Of a DNA stretch of 64,000 nucleotides, positions 17,954 to 27,528 are shown one piece after another. A program made the translations under genes and the position numbers. Each line of letters opens with the position of its first letter. Position 1 is the first letter of the stretch. The stretch is taken from IMG/VR virus record IMGVR_UViG_3300013121_000017, positions 160,001 to 224,000 of that record. One strand, written 5' to 3'. The notes under the pieces were generated by a model, which had not been told where the DNA came from, did no database searches, and was given only the letters and a program-made list of their open reading frames with translations. This DNA is from a virus. Taxonomy: Duplodnaviria > Caudoviricetes.

Positions 17954-18793
17954 ATGAGAACCACGACATTCCGAGAATGGTTGGCAAAGTCCCCTGAAGA
18001 CTTGTACGGAATCGACCCGGAACAAAACATTCCGGCTGAGATCCGTCGTATGCGCCGCGCCGAGAACTACGACAAGCCCGGCGGCAACCTGTCGCCATCC
18101 AAGCTCATGTCTGAGCTTGTGAAGATGGGTCCGGTCAACAACAAACAGCCGCAACGGTTATGGAATGACGTGGTGGGCTATGGCGATCACGAACGCCCTG
18201 GAGCTTTGCTGGCAACCATGACGCCGGCAGGAAGTATCCGCATCAACATCCGCAAGTTGGCCATCGACCTCGAAGGTACAAAGGTGTGGACGTTGAAGAA
18301 AGTGATTCCGTTGGTCGATCAGATAGATGTCAAGGATCGTGGCGACATCGCCGAAACTGGCCTCGCTTACGAATACCATGAAGCCATCGAGCGGATTGAC
18401 GGCGCAGAACATGACGCACCCAAGAACGACTTCAAGAATACCGAAACACTCGCTTTGAAGATCGCGGCGGCTGCCAGGAGGAATCATCCCTCGGTGATGC
18501 ACTACGCCGGCATCCGCAAACATGATGAACACCACTATCAGATCTACTTCCAGTACCGTGGTCACGGGGCTGGTGGCGACACGCCGGGGCAGAGCTTCCT
18601 TGAACAATTTGACATCCATGTCAAGTATTACCCCCAGCGTGGGGTGCTACGGTCGTGGGGTGGTGAGGTTCAGTCCCCCAAGAAAGGTCACAGATGGAAA
18701 CTGATGCCATCTGAGTGGGACGAGTATTTCATGCCGACCCAGCCGATGGAAGAGATCACCGAGGCCGTCATCCAGTCTTTTGTGATTTACTGA
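17954..18793 (+). CDS. Hypothetical phage protein
   Basis: TAAATA 5 nt before the ATG; MRTTTFREWL start. Confidence 0.7.
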   Translation: MRTTTFREWLAKSPEDLYGIDPEQNIPAEIRRMRRAENYDKPGGNLSPSKLMSELVKMGPVNNKQPQRLWNDVVGYGDHERPGALLATMTPAGSIRINIRKLAIDLEGTKVWTLKKVIPLVDQIDVKDRGDIAETGLAYEYHEAIERIDGAEHDAPKNDFKNTETLALKIAAAARRNHPSVMHYAGIRKHDEHHYQIYFQYRGHGAGGDTPGQSFLEQFDIHVKYYPQRGVLRSWGGEVQSPKKGHRWKLMPSEWDEYFMPTQPMEEITEAVIQSFVIY

Positions 18794-19458
18794 TCTTTCG
18801 GAAACAAGTTCCTGTACTCTTCGATCACTTCCGGCTTTGTCACGCCCGAGAGTACCGTCACCTTTGCCCCCAACCTCTGAAGGGTGGGAGATAGTGCGAC
18901 AAAGTAGGGCCGGATGAACCCGAACTTGAGCCACTTGTCAATCTCGCCTGACGTGAACCGCTTCTCAAGAAATTGAGGGGTGATGTCTTCGCCGTACTTC
19001 TTGAGGAAGGCCAGACTGGTTTTCAGATCGGAACGAACCATCTCCATCGAGACTTTTTCTTCTTGTGGATCAGCATTGCCAGCCCGACGTTCGCGGGCTG
19101 CCTTGATCCACTTCTGGTAGAGTCCCCAACGACGTTCGGCTGCCGGGCCGACACACATGTTCGGGGTGACGTAGCACTCCTCATCGTTCTTCTTGCAGAC
19201 GTACAGTTGCGCCCTCATCCAGAACTTCAAATCGGCCAGGGCAACGATACCTCTGGTCCGCCGAATCATTCTGATCATGGCCTTGAATAGTGCTGATTTC
19301 CTTGGATCGCCTGTCCTTCTGAGCGTGTTGCCCGGCCCGAGCCTCATGTCTGGAAAATACTCAACAGTCAGCTTCTGCCATAGCAGCGAAAGCTGGTACG
19401 CCTGAGTTTCCTCTTCTGTCATCTCGAACTGAAGAGGGATGCTGAATAGATCGTCCAC
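18787..19458 (-). CDS. Hypothetical protein
   Basis: 223-aa ORF with GAGG RBS and GTG start. Confidence 0.65.
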   Translation of the reverse strand: MDDLFSIPLQFEMTEEETQAYQLSLLWQKLTVEYFPDMRLGPGNTLRRTGDPRKSALFKAMIRMIRRTRGIVALADLKFWMRAQLYVCKKNDEECYVTPNMCVGPAAERRWGLYQKWIKAARERRAGNADPQEEKVSMEMVRSDLKTSLAFLKKYGEDITPQFLEKRFTSGEIDKWLKFGFIRPYFVALSPTLQRLGAKVTVLSGVTKPEVIEEYRNLFPKDQ

Positions 19459-19636
19459 GTCGCACCTCGCCTTTGGCCTTCCCGGTCACCTTCAGCTTAT
19501 GTAGACGCGCACCCGCCTCTAGCGAATTCGCCAGTTCGGAGTCCGACATAACCTCAAGAGAGGCAATGTACTCGGATTCGGTTTGCATGTCTAGTTCCCT
19601 TCTTTCAAAAAGCGCTCTTGCCAGGAGAGCAGCCAT
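19361..19636 (-). CDS. Small hypothetical protein (start may be 19588)
   Basis: ORF upstream of the 18787 gene; TATAAT-like sequence upstream on the minus strand. Confidence 0.4.
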   Translation of the reverse strand: MAALLARALFERRELDMQTESEYIASLEVMSDSELANSLEAGARLHKLKVTGKAKGEVRRGRSIQHPSSVRDDRRGNSGVPAFAAMAEADC

Positions 19637-19753
19637 GACGTATTATACCACAAACCCGTCTTCTCCTTCAAGACGAAGACAGGGTTCCCGTCCATGTTAC
19701 GCGCCTTCATGACTAGATGCAAAAGTGTACAGTAGTGTACACGTCATTTGGAA

Positions 19754-19782
19754 TTGACGACGTAAAACATGGGGACTACACT
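19754..19782 (+). promoter_or_regulatory. Sigma70-like promoter
   Basis: TTGACG-N17-TACACT. Confidence 0.65.
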
Positions 19783-19830
19783 ACCACTACCGACACTACC
19801 GACTACTACCGACTACTACCCAACTACTTC
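19780..19830 (+). repeat. Short ACTACC(G) tandem repeats
   Basis: ACTACC at 19780, 19786, 19795, 19805, 19815 plus a degenerate copy. Confidence 0.85.
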
Positions 19831-20282
19831 GACTCGGAGTGCATCCGCCTAAAGATGCCTTGTGCCTACCGTGGCTAGTACCCGCTGTTGTAGGTGCATG
19901 TCAAGCCGTGCGGCTGAAACCTGTGAGGGGCTTCGCTCTACTTAGCCAAAGAAAAGGTGTCGGCGTCCTGCGCCGGCATGGATCGGACCACCGGGGCCAA
20001 TCCTATCCTCACAAGTGTTACGAGGTCAGCGGCTGACCACCCCCTAAAAAAGCTGTCGGGGGGCTTGTACTGTCGTCTCGTCACTTTAGGCTCACTTTCT
20101 TCGTGATCCGTCGAGCCGCGAAGTCTAACAGACGGGTAATGCTTGAACGCATAAGCGACGGTTTGGTCAGAAACGTTCCAGTAGCACAAAAAACAGGTAC
20201 GCATGCTCAGAGTACCCATCCTGGGTAATCTCCAAGGTATGCCTTTGCAGTAGGAGTGGGTTCAATTCCCACTCCATTTTTT
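19789..20282 (+). ncRNA. Candidate ~490-nt structured noncoding RNA
   Basis: Promoter upstream, many hairpins, terminal hairpin GGAGTGGG-TTCAATT-CCCACTCC plus T run, no convincing ORF. Confidence 0.55.
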
Positions 20283-20478
20283 ACTTGCAAAGTCAACTCC
20301 CTTAGAGACAGCCACCCGGTATGCGCAGAATAAGATTAGAAGGGAAAAACCCGAACAGGTGTACACTCCCCTTCACTCCCCTCACACACCCGTATCTATT
20401 CCTATCTCCCCTTGAGTGCGGACTGGTGAAGTGGCCTGGAATCGCCTATGATGGTGAGGACATCATGAGGCGAGAAAA

Positions 20479-21819
20479 TTGGATAGCACCTACACCGAAC
20501 TCAGTTTCCTGTTGAATGCTGCGACGAAAGAGGGGAAGGCGATCTACCTTCACCTTGAACCGGCGGTGTGGGACATTACGGACCCGAAGTCGGAAAAGAA
20601 CCTTGCTGTCTGCACGCCCGAGTCTCGCTTCACGATCCCTTTGGTTGACAATCTGCCGTTCATTTTCGCGGCACTCAAGCATTCAATCCTGGCCGAGGGT
20701 CGCATCGTCATCGGGTGGGATCTCAAGCCGATGTTCTCATGGTTCAAGAGGAACCTCAAGAATGCCGATCTGCCCAAGCTGAAATACTTCGATTTGAAGT
20801 TGCTGGAACACTACTCGGGTGTGAAGCTGGCAAAGCCAGCGACGTTTGATGAAGCTCAGACCCGCGTCAATTCGGTAACGAAGCAGGACAACTGGACCCA
20901 GGCTACGACCATCTGGCAGAAGGTGATGAAGCCTTTGGCCATGACGGTGATTCCGTCCATCGAGTGCGAAGGCGTCTTGAACATCGAGCGTGAGGCCCGT
21001 GTACACCCGTGCTACGAGATTGAAGCCCAGGAGAACGGGCGGATGTCTTGTACGGCTGCGTTCCAGTGGGGCGTCAATGCCTTGACCATTGGCGATGAGC
21101 TTGGCTCAAAGCTCAGACCGCGTCACCTTGATGATGTCTTCATGTACTTCGACTACCAGAACATGGAAGTCGCGGTGTTGCAGTGGCTGGCCGAGGATGA
21201 CGACCTTGGCGAGATCCTGGCCGGCGATGCCGATGTGTACGAGACTTTGTTCAAGAGGATCATCGGCGGTCAGCACCAAAATGCGCGTAAGTTCGCCAAA
21301 AGTTTCTTCTTGCCGACTATCTATGGTATGTCGGCATCGGGGCTTGCTGAGAAATGCAAGCTGCCGGAACGGCTCGCTCAGACTGTCATCCACCGTCTCA
21401 ACGAGCAGTTTGCGAAATCCTTCCGTTATGTCGAACGCTTCCAAGAGGACGCCAAACAAGGCGTCGTCCGTGACCACTTCGGGCGTAAACGTTTCTTTTC
21501 AGATGCGTACCACAAGGCCCGAAACACTGCCATCCAATCCCCGGCCACGGCAATTTGCCTTGAGCGATTAGTCGCTCTACACACACTTAATGTCTCCCCT
21601 GTCCTGATGTCGATTCACGACGGTTTCGTTGTGTCGGCTAACCCCAGGAACGTCACCGACGTGTACATGGCGGTGAAAGAGTGCCTGCAAGCCGAGTCAA
21701 GCTTGGCTCCGGGCCTGAAGTTGAAGGTGTCTTGCAAAGCAGGACGTAGCCTCGCAGACAAGGAGATGACGCCTATAATTGCACATGGTTCCCCTACGGT
21801 CCCAGAAGGAGAAAGTTGA
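20479..21819 (+). CDS. Short family A DNA polymerase with degenerate exonuclease and apparent thumb deletion
   Basis: GRMSC; motif A FDYQNME; motif B RKFAKSFFLPTIYG; NTAIQ; motif C IHDG. Confidence 0.85.
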   Translation: MDSTYTELSFLLNAATKEGKAIYLHLEPAVWDITDPKSEKNLAVCTPESRFTIPLVDNLPFIFAALKHSILAEGRIVIGWDLKPMFSWFKRNLKNADLPKLKYFDLKLLEHYSGVKLAKPATFDEAQTRVNSVTKQDNWTQATTIWQKVMKPLAMTVIPSIECEGVLNIEREARVHPCYEIEAQENGRMSCTAAFQWGVNALTIGDELGSKLRPRHLDDVFMYFDYQNMEVAVLQWLAEDDDLGEILAGDADVYETLFKRIIGGQHQNARKFAKSFFLPTIYGMSASGLAEKCKLPERLAQTVIHRLNEQFAKSFRYVERFQEDAKQGVVRDHFGRKRFFSDAYHKARNTAIQSPATAICLERLVALHTLNVSPVLMSIHDGFVVSANPRNVTDVYMAVKECLQAESSLAPGLKLKVSCKAGRSLADKEMTPIIAHGSPTVPEGES

Positions 21820-22373
21820 AGTCAATCCTTGATGTTTGGAAAGTAACACCAGACGAATACAACCAGTTGGACAAGGCATTCGGACAACTCTGCTACTACG
21901 CGGCGTGGCAACTCTCAAGGAAGAACACGAAGAACAATCACCAGAACGACCTCGAAGACTTCTACCAAGAACTCGTCTTCTCGTTGCTCAGGGCAGGAGC
22001 CTACACCAAGCGTCAGGTCTACATCGAGGCAAGCCTCGCTGCCTGCGCGGAACACGTCAAGGACGACTTCTGCCGTAAGATCCTTGACGGACTTCAGGAT
22101 CTTTGGAACAATCGCACCCGTCACGGGGCCAACAGGCAGAAGTTTGGCCCACGCCAGGAAAAGATGCTCGACCGTCTTCTTGCGAAGGTCGTGCCGGTCG
22201 AGCAGAGGCCGTCGAAGGACCGTCCGCTTGAAATCGACGCCAAGTTCGCACGATACTGCAAGCAGATCGTGTGGAACCAGCAGCGGTCGATGGGCAAGAA
22301 GATCACCCGTGAAAAGCCGCTCCGTGTCGGCATGGTTTCTCTCTCGGAGTTCGATTACCTGGGGAGTCTGTAA
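21816..22373 (+). CDS. Hypothetical protein, sigma-factor region 2-like
   Basis: DLEDFYQE..LLRA and FARYCKQIVWN resemble sigma region 2. Confidence 0.45.
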   Translation: MKSILDVWKVTPDEYNQLDKAFGQLCYYAAWQLSRKNTKNNHQNDLEDFYQELVFSLLRAGAYTKRQVYIEASLAACAEHVKDDFCRKILDGLQDLWNNRTRHGANRQKFGPRQEKMLDRLLAKVVPVEQRPSKDRPLEIDAKFARYCKQIVWNQQRSMGKKITREKPLRVGMVSLSEFDYLGSL

Positions 22374-22909
22374 TGGAAGAGGTCAAGAAGAAGTTCGTCG
22401 TCATCTACGCCTACGATCCGTCATACCCGGACAAAGTGCTGCTCGTTCAGAAGGACCGACCCGCATGGCAAAAGGGATGCCTGAATCTCCTGGGCGGCAA
22501 GGTAGAGCCGGGGGAGTCGGAGCTTGAGACGGCCCTGCGTGAACTGAAAGAAGAGAGTGGCTTGACGGTCAAGTCAATTCATCGCAAGCGGCGTGGCGGA
22601 CACCCTGACGTGAAGTTGATGGGTGCTATTGTCAGCGAAACCAGTATGGTGTATTGTGTGTCATTGCCCGTTGACAGCACAGTCACGCTGAAGCCTCGTA
22701 AGGGCGAGACGGAAGTAGCGCAGTGGCACGATTGGGAAGTTGTGAAATCCGACCCCCGACTGATGCCGAACCTACGATGTGTTATCCCCATGATCAAAGC
22801 CGGCGTCACCGGCTGGTTCCTTAGTGGGGGTGCAATAGCCGAGGCGGTGTACGAGGCGAACATTCGGTTTCTGCTGGATGCGCCAGTACCACACAAGCCA
22901 GAGGAATGA
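22373..22909 (+). CDS. Nudix hydrolase
   Basis: GGKVEPGESELETALRELKEESG Nudix box. Confidence 0.92.
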   Translation: MEEVKKKFVVIYAYDPSYPDKVLLVQKDRPAWQKGCLNLLGGKVEPGESELETALRELKEESGLTVKSIHRKRRGGHPDVKLMGAIVSETSMVYCVSLPVDSTVTLKPRKGETEVAQWHDWEVVKSDPRLMPNLRCVIPMIKAGVTGWFLSGGAIAEAVYEANIRFLLDAPVPHKPEE

Positions 22910-24543
22910 CAATGGCGAACCTCATGCCGGAAGAAGAACAAGTCATCCAGAACCTGCTCGCTTCCGTCAAGGGGGAAAATCCCGTCCGCTTCGGGTGGGA
23001 CGAAAACTTCCAACGGCGGCTCCTGTCCTTGTTGCTCACCGACACCTACTTCCTCATCCAGTCACAGTCCCTGATCAAGTCGTCGTACTTCACCAATGAA
23101 GCACACGTTTTGGCGTGTGACGCCCTCTTCGAGTTGTTCGCGAAGTACAAGTCAATCCCTGAGAAGTTCATCTTGCTCCAGGCGGTGCAAGACAAATTGA
23201 AGGGGCGTGATGATGCTGTCAAACTCGCCTTCATGGCCGAGGTTGAGAGTGTCTACGACTACTACGTTCCCGGCCTCAGCACCCGCGAAGTGTTGTTGGA
23301 TCGTCTGACGACCTTCAGTCGCGCCCAGTCCACACGCATGGCCTGCAACAAGGTCATGAAGATGATCCTCGACAAGCCGGAAGACGAAAAGACGTGGACC
23401 GAGGTCGATGAGATCCTGCGAGAGTCGTTGCTCGTCCAACGCGGCATGGATGTCGGCTTCGAGTATTTCCTTTCGATTGACGAGATGTTCCGCAAGATGA
23501 AGGAGCAGCAGGAAGCAGGCGAGAAGTTCACCACCGGCATCGACTGGATCAATGAGCGGTTGTCTGGCGGCACGCCGAAACGCGGCGAGCTTTATGCCTG
23601 GATTGGTCTGCCTGGACGCGGCAAGTCCATGCTGTTGGCCCAGGCCGCGACTGACAACGCCAAGCTCGGCCACAAGGTCTGTTACATCTCGTTGGAGATG
23701 GACGATCTCGAAGTGGCGAAGCGTATTACGGCCCAGTTCACCGGCAGCGATGTGAACTACCTGTGGGACAACCGGGAAACGATCAAGCAGGAGATCGATT
23801 TCAGAAACAAGACTGCCACGGAGCAGGGCGGTGAAGTCAACAATCTCATCATCCGCCAGTTCCCAGGCGGCACGGTCGATGTCAACTTCGTTCGCGCCTA
23901 CGTTGCCCACCTGAAACTCTACGGCTTCAAGCCGGACGTTCTGATCATCGACTACGCCGGTGAGTTCAAGGAAGATCCGAATATCCCAGGCTGGGAAGCC
24001 AAGTACCGCATCATGCGTGACCTGCGGGCGATGGCGATCATGGAGAACATGGTCATCTTCACCGCCGTCCAGCCGAACAAGACCGCTGCCGAATTGACGG
24101 AACTGCATCAGTACATTGACGAATCCAACATCGGCGGTTCGTTCGACCAGTTCAAGCCGCTCGACGGCTTCTGGTCGATCAACCAGTTGACGTGTGAGAA
24201 AGTGGCGAAAGTTGGCCGGGTCTTCATCATCAAACACCGCTCTGGCAAAAGCCAGGAAGCGTGTTGCGTGGAGTTTGACTATTCGTCTATGCGAATCAGT
24301 CGTATCGGAAATGACACGCACACGAAGCGTGTGCAAGCTCACGCCGCGAATGCGGCTCAAGACATCGACAACTCATCGAAGTTCAGCCCGAAGGGCGGCG
24401 GTGCGAAACGCAAGAAGCAGGAACCTTACGACCCCAACAAGTCAGACAAGATAGAGCCAGATACTTGTACATACGATCCGGGTGAAGGGAAGACGGATTC
24501 CGCCGGCCAACCACCCAAAGAAAACCCACAAGAACAGGAGTAA
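22906..24543 (+). CDS. DnaB/gp41-like replicative helicase
   Basis: TTGIDWIN..GG, GLPGRGKS, YISLEM, IIDY, TAVQ, IKHRSG. Confidence 0.9.
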   Translation: MTMANLMPEEEQVIQNLLASVKGENPVRFGWDENFQRRLLSLLLTDTYFLIQSQSLIKSSYFTNEAHVLACDALFELFAKYKSIPEKFILLQAVQDKLKGRDDAVKLAFMAEVESVYDYYVPGLSTREVLLDRLTTFSRAQSTRMACNKVMKMILDKPEDEKTWTEVDEILRESLLVQRGMDVGFEYFLSIDEMFRKMKEQQEAGEKFTTGIDWINERLSGGTPKRGELYAWIGLPGRGKSMLLAQAATDNAKLGHKVCYISLEMDDLEVAKRITAQFTGSDVNYLWDNRETIKQEIDFRNKTATEQGGEVNNLIIRQFPGGTVDVNFVRAYVAHLKLYGFKPDVLIIDYAGEFKEDPNIPGWEAKYRIMRDLRAMAIMENMVIFTAVQPNKTAAELTELHQYIDESNIGGSFDQFKPLDGFWSINQLTCEKVAKVGRVFIIKHRSGKSQEACCVEFDYSSMRISRIGNDTHTKRVQAHAANAAQDIDNSSKFSPKGGGAKRKKQEPYDPNKSDKIEPDTCTYDPGEGKTDSAGQPPKENPQEQE

Positions 24544-24546
24544 ACC

Positions 24547-25176
24547 ATGTCTGATCTGCCCGGATTCGGAGAGAAGCGAACATTCACCCTGGACGGCAAC
24601 GAGATCGTCCTTGACCCCGCGAACCTCAAGTTCTCGGACCCCACCCTGAACCAATTCTTCGAGTTGGTGTCAGGATACTGTGACTACTACGGCCAGAAGC
24701 TGGCCGACGCCAACCGTGCCGTCGCCAAGGCGGAAGCCCTTTTTGAGCGACTGTACATCCAGAAGTTCAGGGAGTTCCGTGAAGGTGTCGGCGGCGAGTC
24801 TGGCAAGAGCGAGAAAACCAGCGAACTCTACGCCAAGTCTGAACCCGAGGTCGTCAAGGCAAAGGCCGGCGTCCACGAAGCGACGTTCATCCGCGACTCG
24901 GTCTGGAACCACCTGAAAGCCTTGAACGCCGCTCGGGAAGACGCTCACAATCGCGGCCACTTCCTTCGCAAGGAGCTTGACAAGCTCAACATGGAGGTGC
25001 GTGCCACGACGTATGAGATGTCGCATTCAGCCGAAGAGCCGCAACAAGGGCCAACCATCAGCGAGCCGGTTCAACAGCGAAGTGGCGTTCAGAAGAAACG
25101 AAGCTGGCCCCGTGAAGACGACCCGGAAATGGAAGCCCTGTTCCAGCAGGCACAGGCAAAACAGAATGGAGGGTGA
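24547..25176 (+). CDS. UvsY-like recombination mediator (putative)
   Basis: Helical coiled protein in the replication block; YYGQKLA..A pattern. Confidence 0.45.
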   Translation: MSDLPGFGEKRTFTLDGNEIVLDPANLKFSDPTLNQFFELVSGYCDYYGQKLADANRAVAKAEALFERLYIQKFREFREGVGGESGKSEKTSELYAKSEPEVVKAKAGVHEATFIRDSVWNHLKALNAAREDAHNRGHFLRKELDKLNMEVRATTYEMSHSAEEPQQGPTISEPVQQRSGVQKKRSWPREDDPEMEALFQQAQAKQNGG

Positions 25177-26762
25177 AGATGACCAAGCCGTTCTACATCA
25201 CCACGGCAATCGACTACCCCAATGCACTGCCGCACATCGGAACCGCCTTCGAGAAGGTCGGGGCCGATGTGCAGGCTCGCTTTCAGGAGATGCTCGACCG
25301 CAAGGTCTACTTCCTGATGGGGAACGACGAGAACACCCAGAAGGTCGCCCGTGCTGCTCACAAGCAAGGCGAGGAAGTCTGTCGCTACGTCAACGGCATG
25401 GCGGCGAACTTCAAGCACGCATGGCGACGGCTGGACATCGGGTACAGTCGATTCTGCCAAACCTCAGAGATCGTTCATCACGACTTCTGCAAGAAGTTCG
25501 CCCAGCGGGTGATGGACAATGGGTACATCTACTCGAAGCTTTACGAGGGGCTGTACTGCGCCGAGTGCGAGGAGTTCAAGCAGTCGGTTGTCAACGGTGA
25601 ATGCGAAACACACCCAGGCATTCCACTCCAGACTCGCAAGGAGCGGAACTGGTTCTTCGCCTGGAATCTGTTCAGGGAGAAACTGCTCCAACTGTATGCC
25701 GACAAGAAAATCAGGATCTACCCGGAGCATCGCCAAACGGAGATGGTCAAGTTCATCGAGAGCGATCTCAAGGACATCTCGATCAGCCGCCAGAACCAGG
25801 GGTGGGGTATCGAGGTTCCGTGGGACCAGTCCCAGGTTCTGTACGTCTGGTTCGACGCCTTGTTGAATTACCTGACGTTTGCAAACGGCAACTGGCCTGC
25901 GGACGTGCATGTGATCGGCAAGGACATCGTCCGATTCCACGGTGCGTTGTTGCCTGCCATGATCATGGCGTACAACGCCAACGTCATGGAGGAGACTCAC
26001 AAGGACGCCCTGGCTTTGCCGCACACGATCTTCTCGCACGGGTTCATCTGCAAGAAGACGGCGACGGGCTTGACGAAGTTCAGCAAGTCGGGGGAGAACC
26101 TCGGCCCGGCTGGGCTGGTGGATGCGTTCGGCTCGGACGGCTACCGTTATACGTTCATGAAGGCCGCGAATTTCGCCGACGACGGCGAATACGAGTTCGG
26201 CATCTTCGCCGAGACTTACAACGCGGACCTCGTCAACAAGTACGGCAACTTGTTCAGCCGCGTCTGCCGTCTTGGTCTGACGAAGCTTGGCGGTGTCATT
26301 CCCGGCGTTACCTACGTTCCGACACAGGGGTTGCCGCCGGGCGGCAAGAACTTCAACCCGCCGACGCTCGGTGCGGTCAACGTGTGGGCTGATCACATGA
26401 GGAAGTTCGAGTACCGGGACGCCCTCGTCCTTGTCATGGACATCGTGGATCAGACGAACAAGATGCTGGATGAACGGAAGCCGTGGGCCGAGGACGCGGT
26501 GGATGTTCCTGGGACGTTGGCCATCGCTGCCCGCGCCGTCAAGGCGGTGGCTGGCATGCTCGGGCCAGTCTGTCCCCAGACCAGCAAGATCGTCTGGGAC
26601 ACCCTTCAGTACGACGGCGACCCAGGCTTTGACAAGCTCTGTGTTGAGACGATTGAAGGGTACGTCATTTCCAGTCTGCCATTGACTATTGACCAGAATC
26701 GGGTACAAGAAGGGAAGGTTCCTATCTTGTTTCCCCGATTCAAGGTCAAGGAAAATGGTTGA
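25173..26762 (+). CDS. metG: Methionine--tRNA ligase
   Basis: YITTAIDYPN..HIG, G.DEN..K, YC..CE, YVWFDAL.NY, IGKDI, KFSKS. Confidence 0.93.
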   Translation: MKMTKPFYITTAIDYPNALPHIGTAFEKVGADVQARFQEMLDRKVYFLMGNDENTQKVARAAHKQGEEVCRYVNGMAANFKHAWRRLDIGYSRFCQTSEIVHHDFCKKFAQRVMDNGYIYSKLYEGLYCAECEEFKQSVVNGECETHPGIPLQTRKERNWFFAWNLFREKLLQLYADKKIRIYPEHRQTEMVKFIESDLKDISISRQNQGWGIEVPWDQSQVLYVWFDALLNYLTFANGNWPADVHVIGKDIVRFHGALLPAMIMAYNANVMEETHKDALALPHTIFSHGFICKKTATGLTKFSKSGENLGPAGLVDAFGSDGYRYTFMKAANFADDGEYEFGIFAETYNADLVNKYGNLFSRVCRLGLTKLGGVIPGVTYVPTQGLPPGGKNFNPPTLGAVNVWADHMRKFEYRDALVLVMDIVDQTNKMLDERKPWAEDAVDVPGTLAIAARAVKAVAGMLGPVCPQTSKIVWDTLQYDGDPGFDKLCVETIEGYVISSLPLTIDQNRVQEGKVPILFPRFKVKENG

Positions 26763-27528
26763 TCCAGTCAACTGCACAAACTTCTCCAGGGACCAATACG
26801 CCCTGGAGGAGTATGCACTCTTCAGCATATTGGTAGCGAACAAGCCCGCCCTCCGTACCGCGTCGATGCTGGACAAGCTGCTCAAATCGCTTCCAGGCAA
26901 GCTCCCCTTCAAGAAACTAGCCAAGTACAGTCTCGCTGAGATGCAGGAACTGCTCAAGAAGTGGCGGTTCGGCTGCCATACAATGAAGGGGCGGGGTCTT
27001 CACCAACTTGTCAACAAAGGTCTTGACCTGAAGACGTGTTCTGTGGATGATCTTGAAGAGATATGTGGGATCAGCAAGAAGACATCCCGCTTCTTTTTGC
27101 TTCATAGTCGGGAAGGTCAACAGTACATTCCGCTCGACACCCACATCCTGAAGTTTCTGCGGGATCAGGGGATTAAGAAAGTCCCCAAGACGACGCCGTC
27201 GTCCAACAAGAGATACTGTGAACTAGAAGCTCACGCCTTACGATTTGCGAAGGAGCGGAACATGACGCCCGCCGAATTCGACTTGTCTGTTTGGCGGCAT
27301 TACAGCGGCAACACGAAAGCCGAGGAACGTCATGACGCAGATCAAGGAACACCACGTCAAGAAGTACATGCGACTCGCCAAACAGGTCGGCGAGGACAAC
27401 AACCCGTGCTACTCAAGACACATCGGGGTCGTGATCGTCAATCCAGCCCACCACAGGATCGTGGGGACCGGGTACAACGGCCCGCCAAGGGACACGCCTC
27501 ACTGCGACGACGCGGAGTACCTGCGTGA
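26755..27528 (+). CDS. HhH-GPD-like DNA glycosylase fold protein
   Basis: L..ICGISKKTSRFFLL, PLDTHILKFL; the C-terminal ~65 aa overlap the next gene. Confidence 0.7.
   Translation: MVDPVNCTNFSRDQYALEEYALFSILVANKPALRTASMLDKLLKSLPGKLPFKKLAKYSLAEMQELLKKWRFGCHTMKGRGLHQLVNKGLDLKTCSVDDLEEICGISKKTSRFFLLHSREGQQYIPLDTHILKFLRDQGIKKVPKTTPSSNKRYCELEAHALRFAKERNMTPAEFDLSVWRHYSGNTKAEERHDADQGTPRQEVHATRQTGRRGQQPVLLKTHRGRDRQSSPPQDRGDRVQRPAKGHASLRRRGVPA

Noticed and set aside
19780-19830. Possible mini-CRISPR or RT-associated array
   Set aside because: Units are only 6-10 nt with no spacers, and no reverse transcriptase is recognisable in the window (the YADD in the 43654 ORF lies inside a helicase)
20253-20276. 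tRNA or tmRNA 3' end (GTGGGTTCAATTCCCAC)
   Set aside because: The hairpin closes on itself with no separate acceptor stem, D arm or CCA; treated as the terminal stem of the ncRNA candidate
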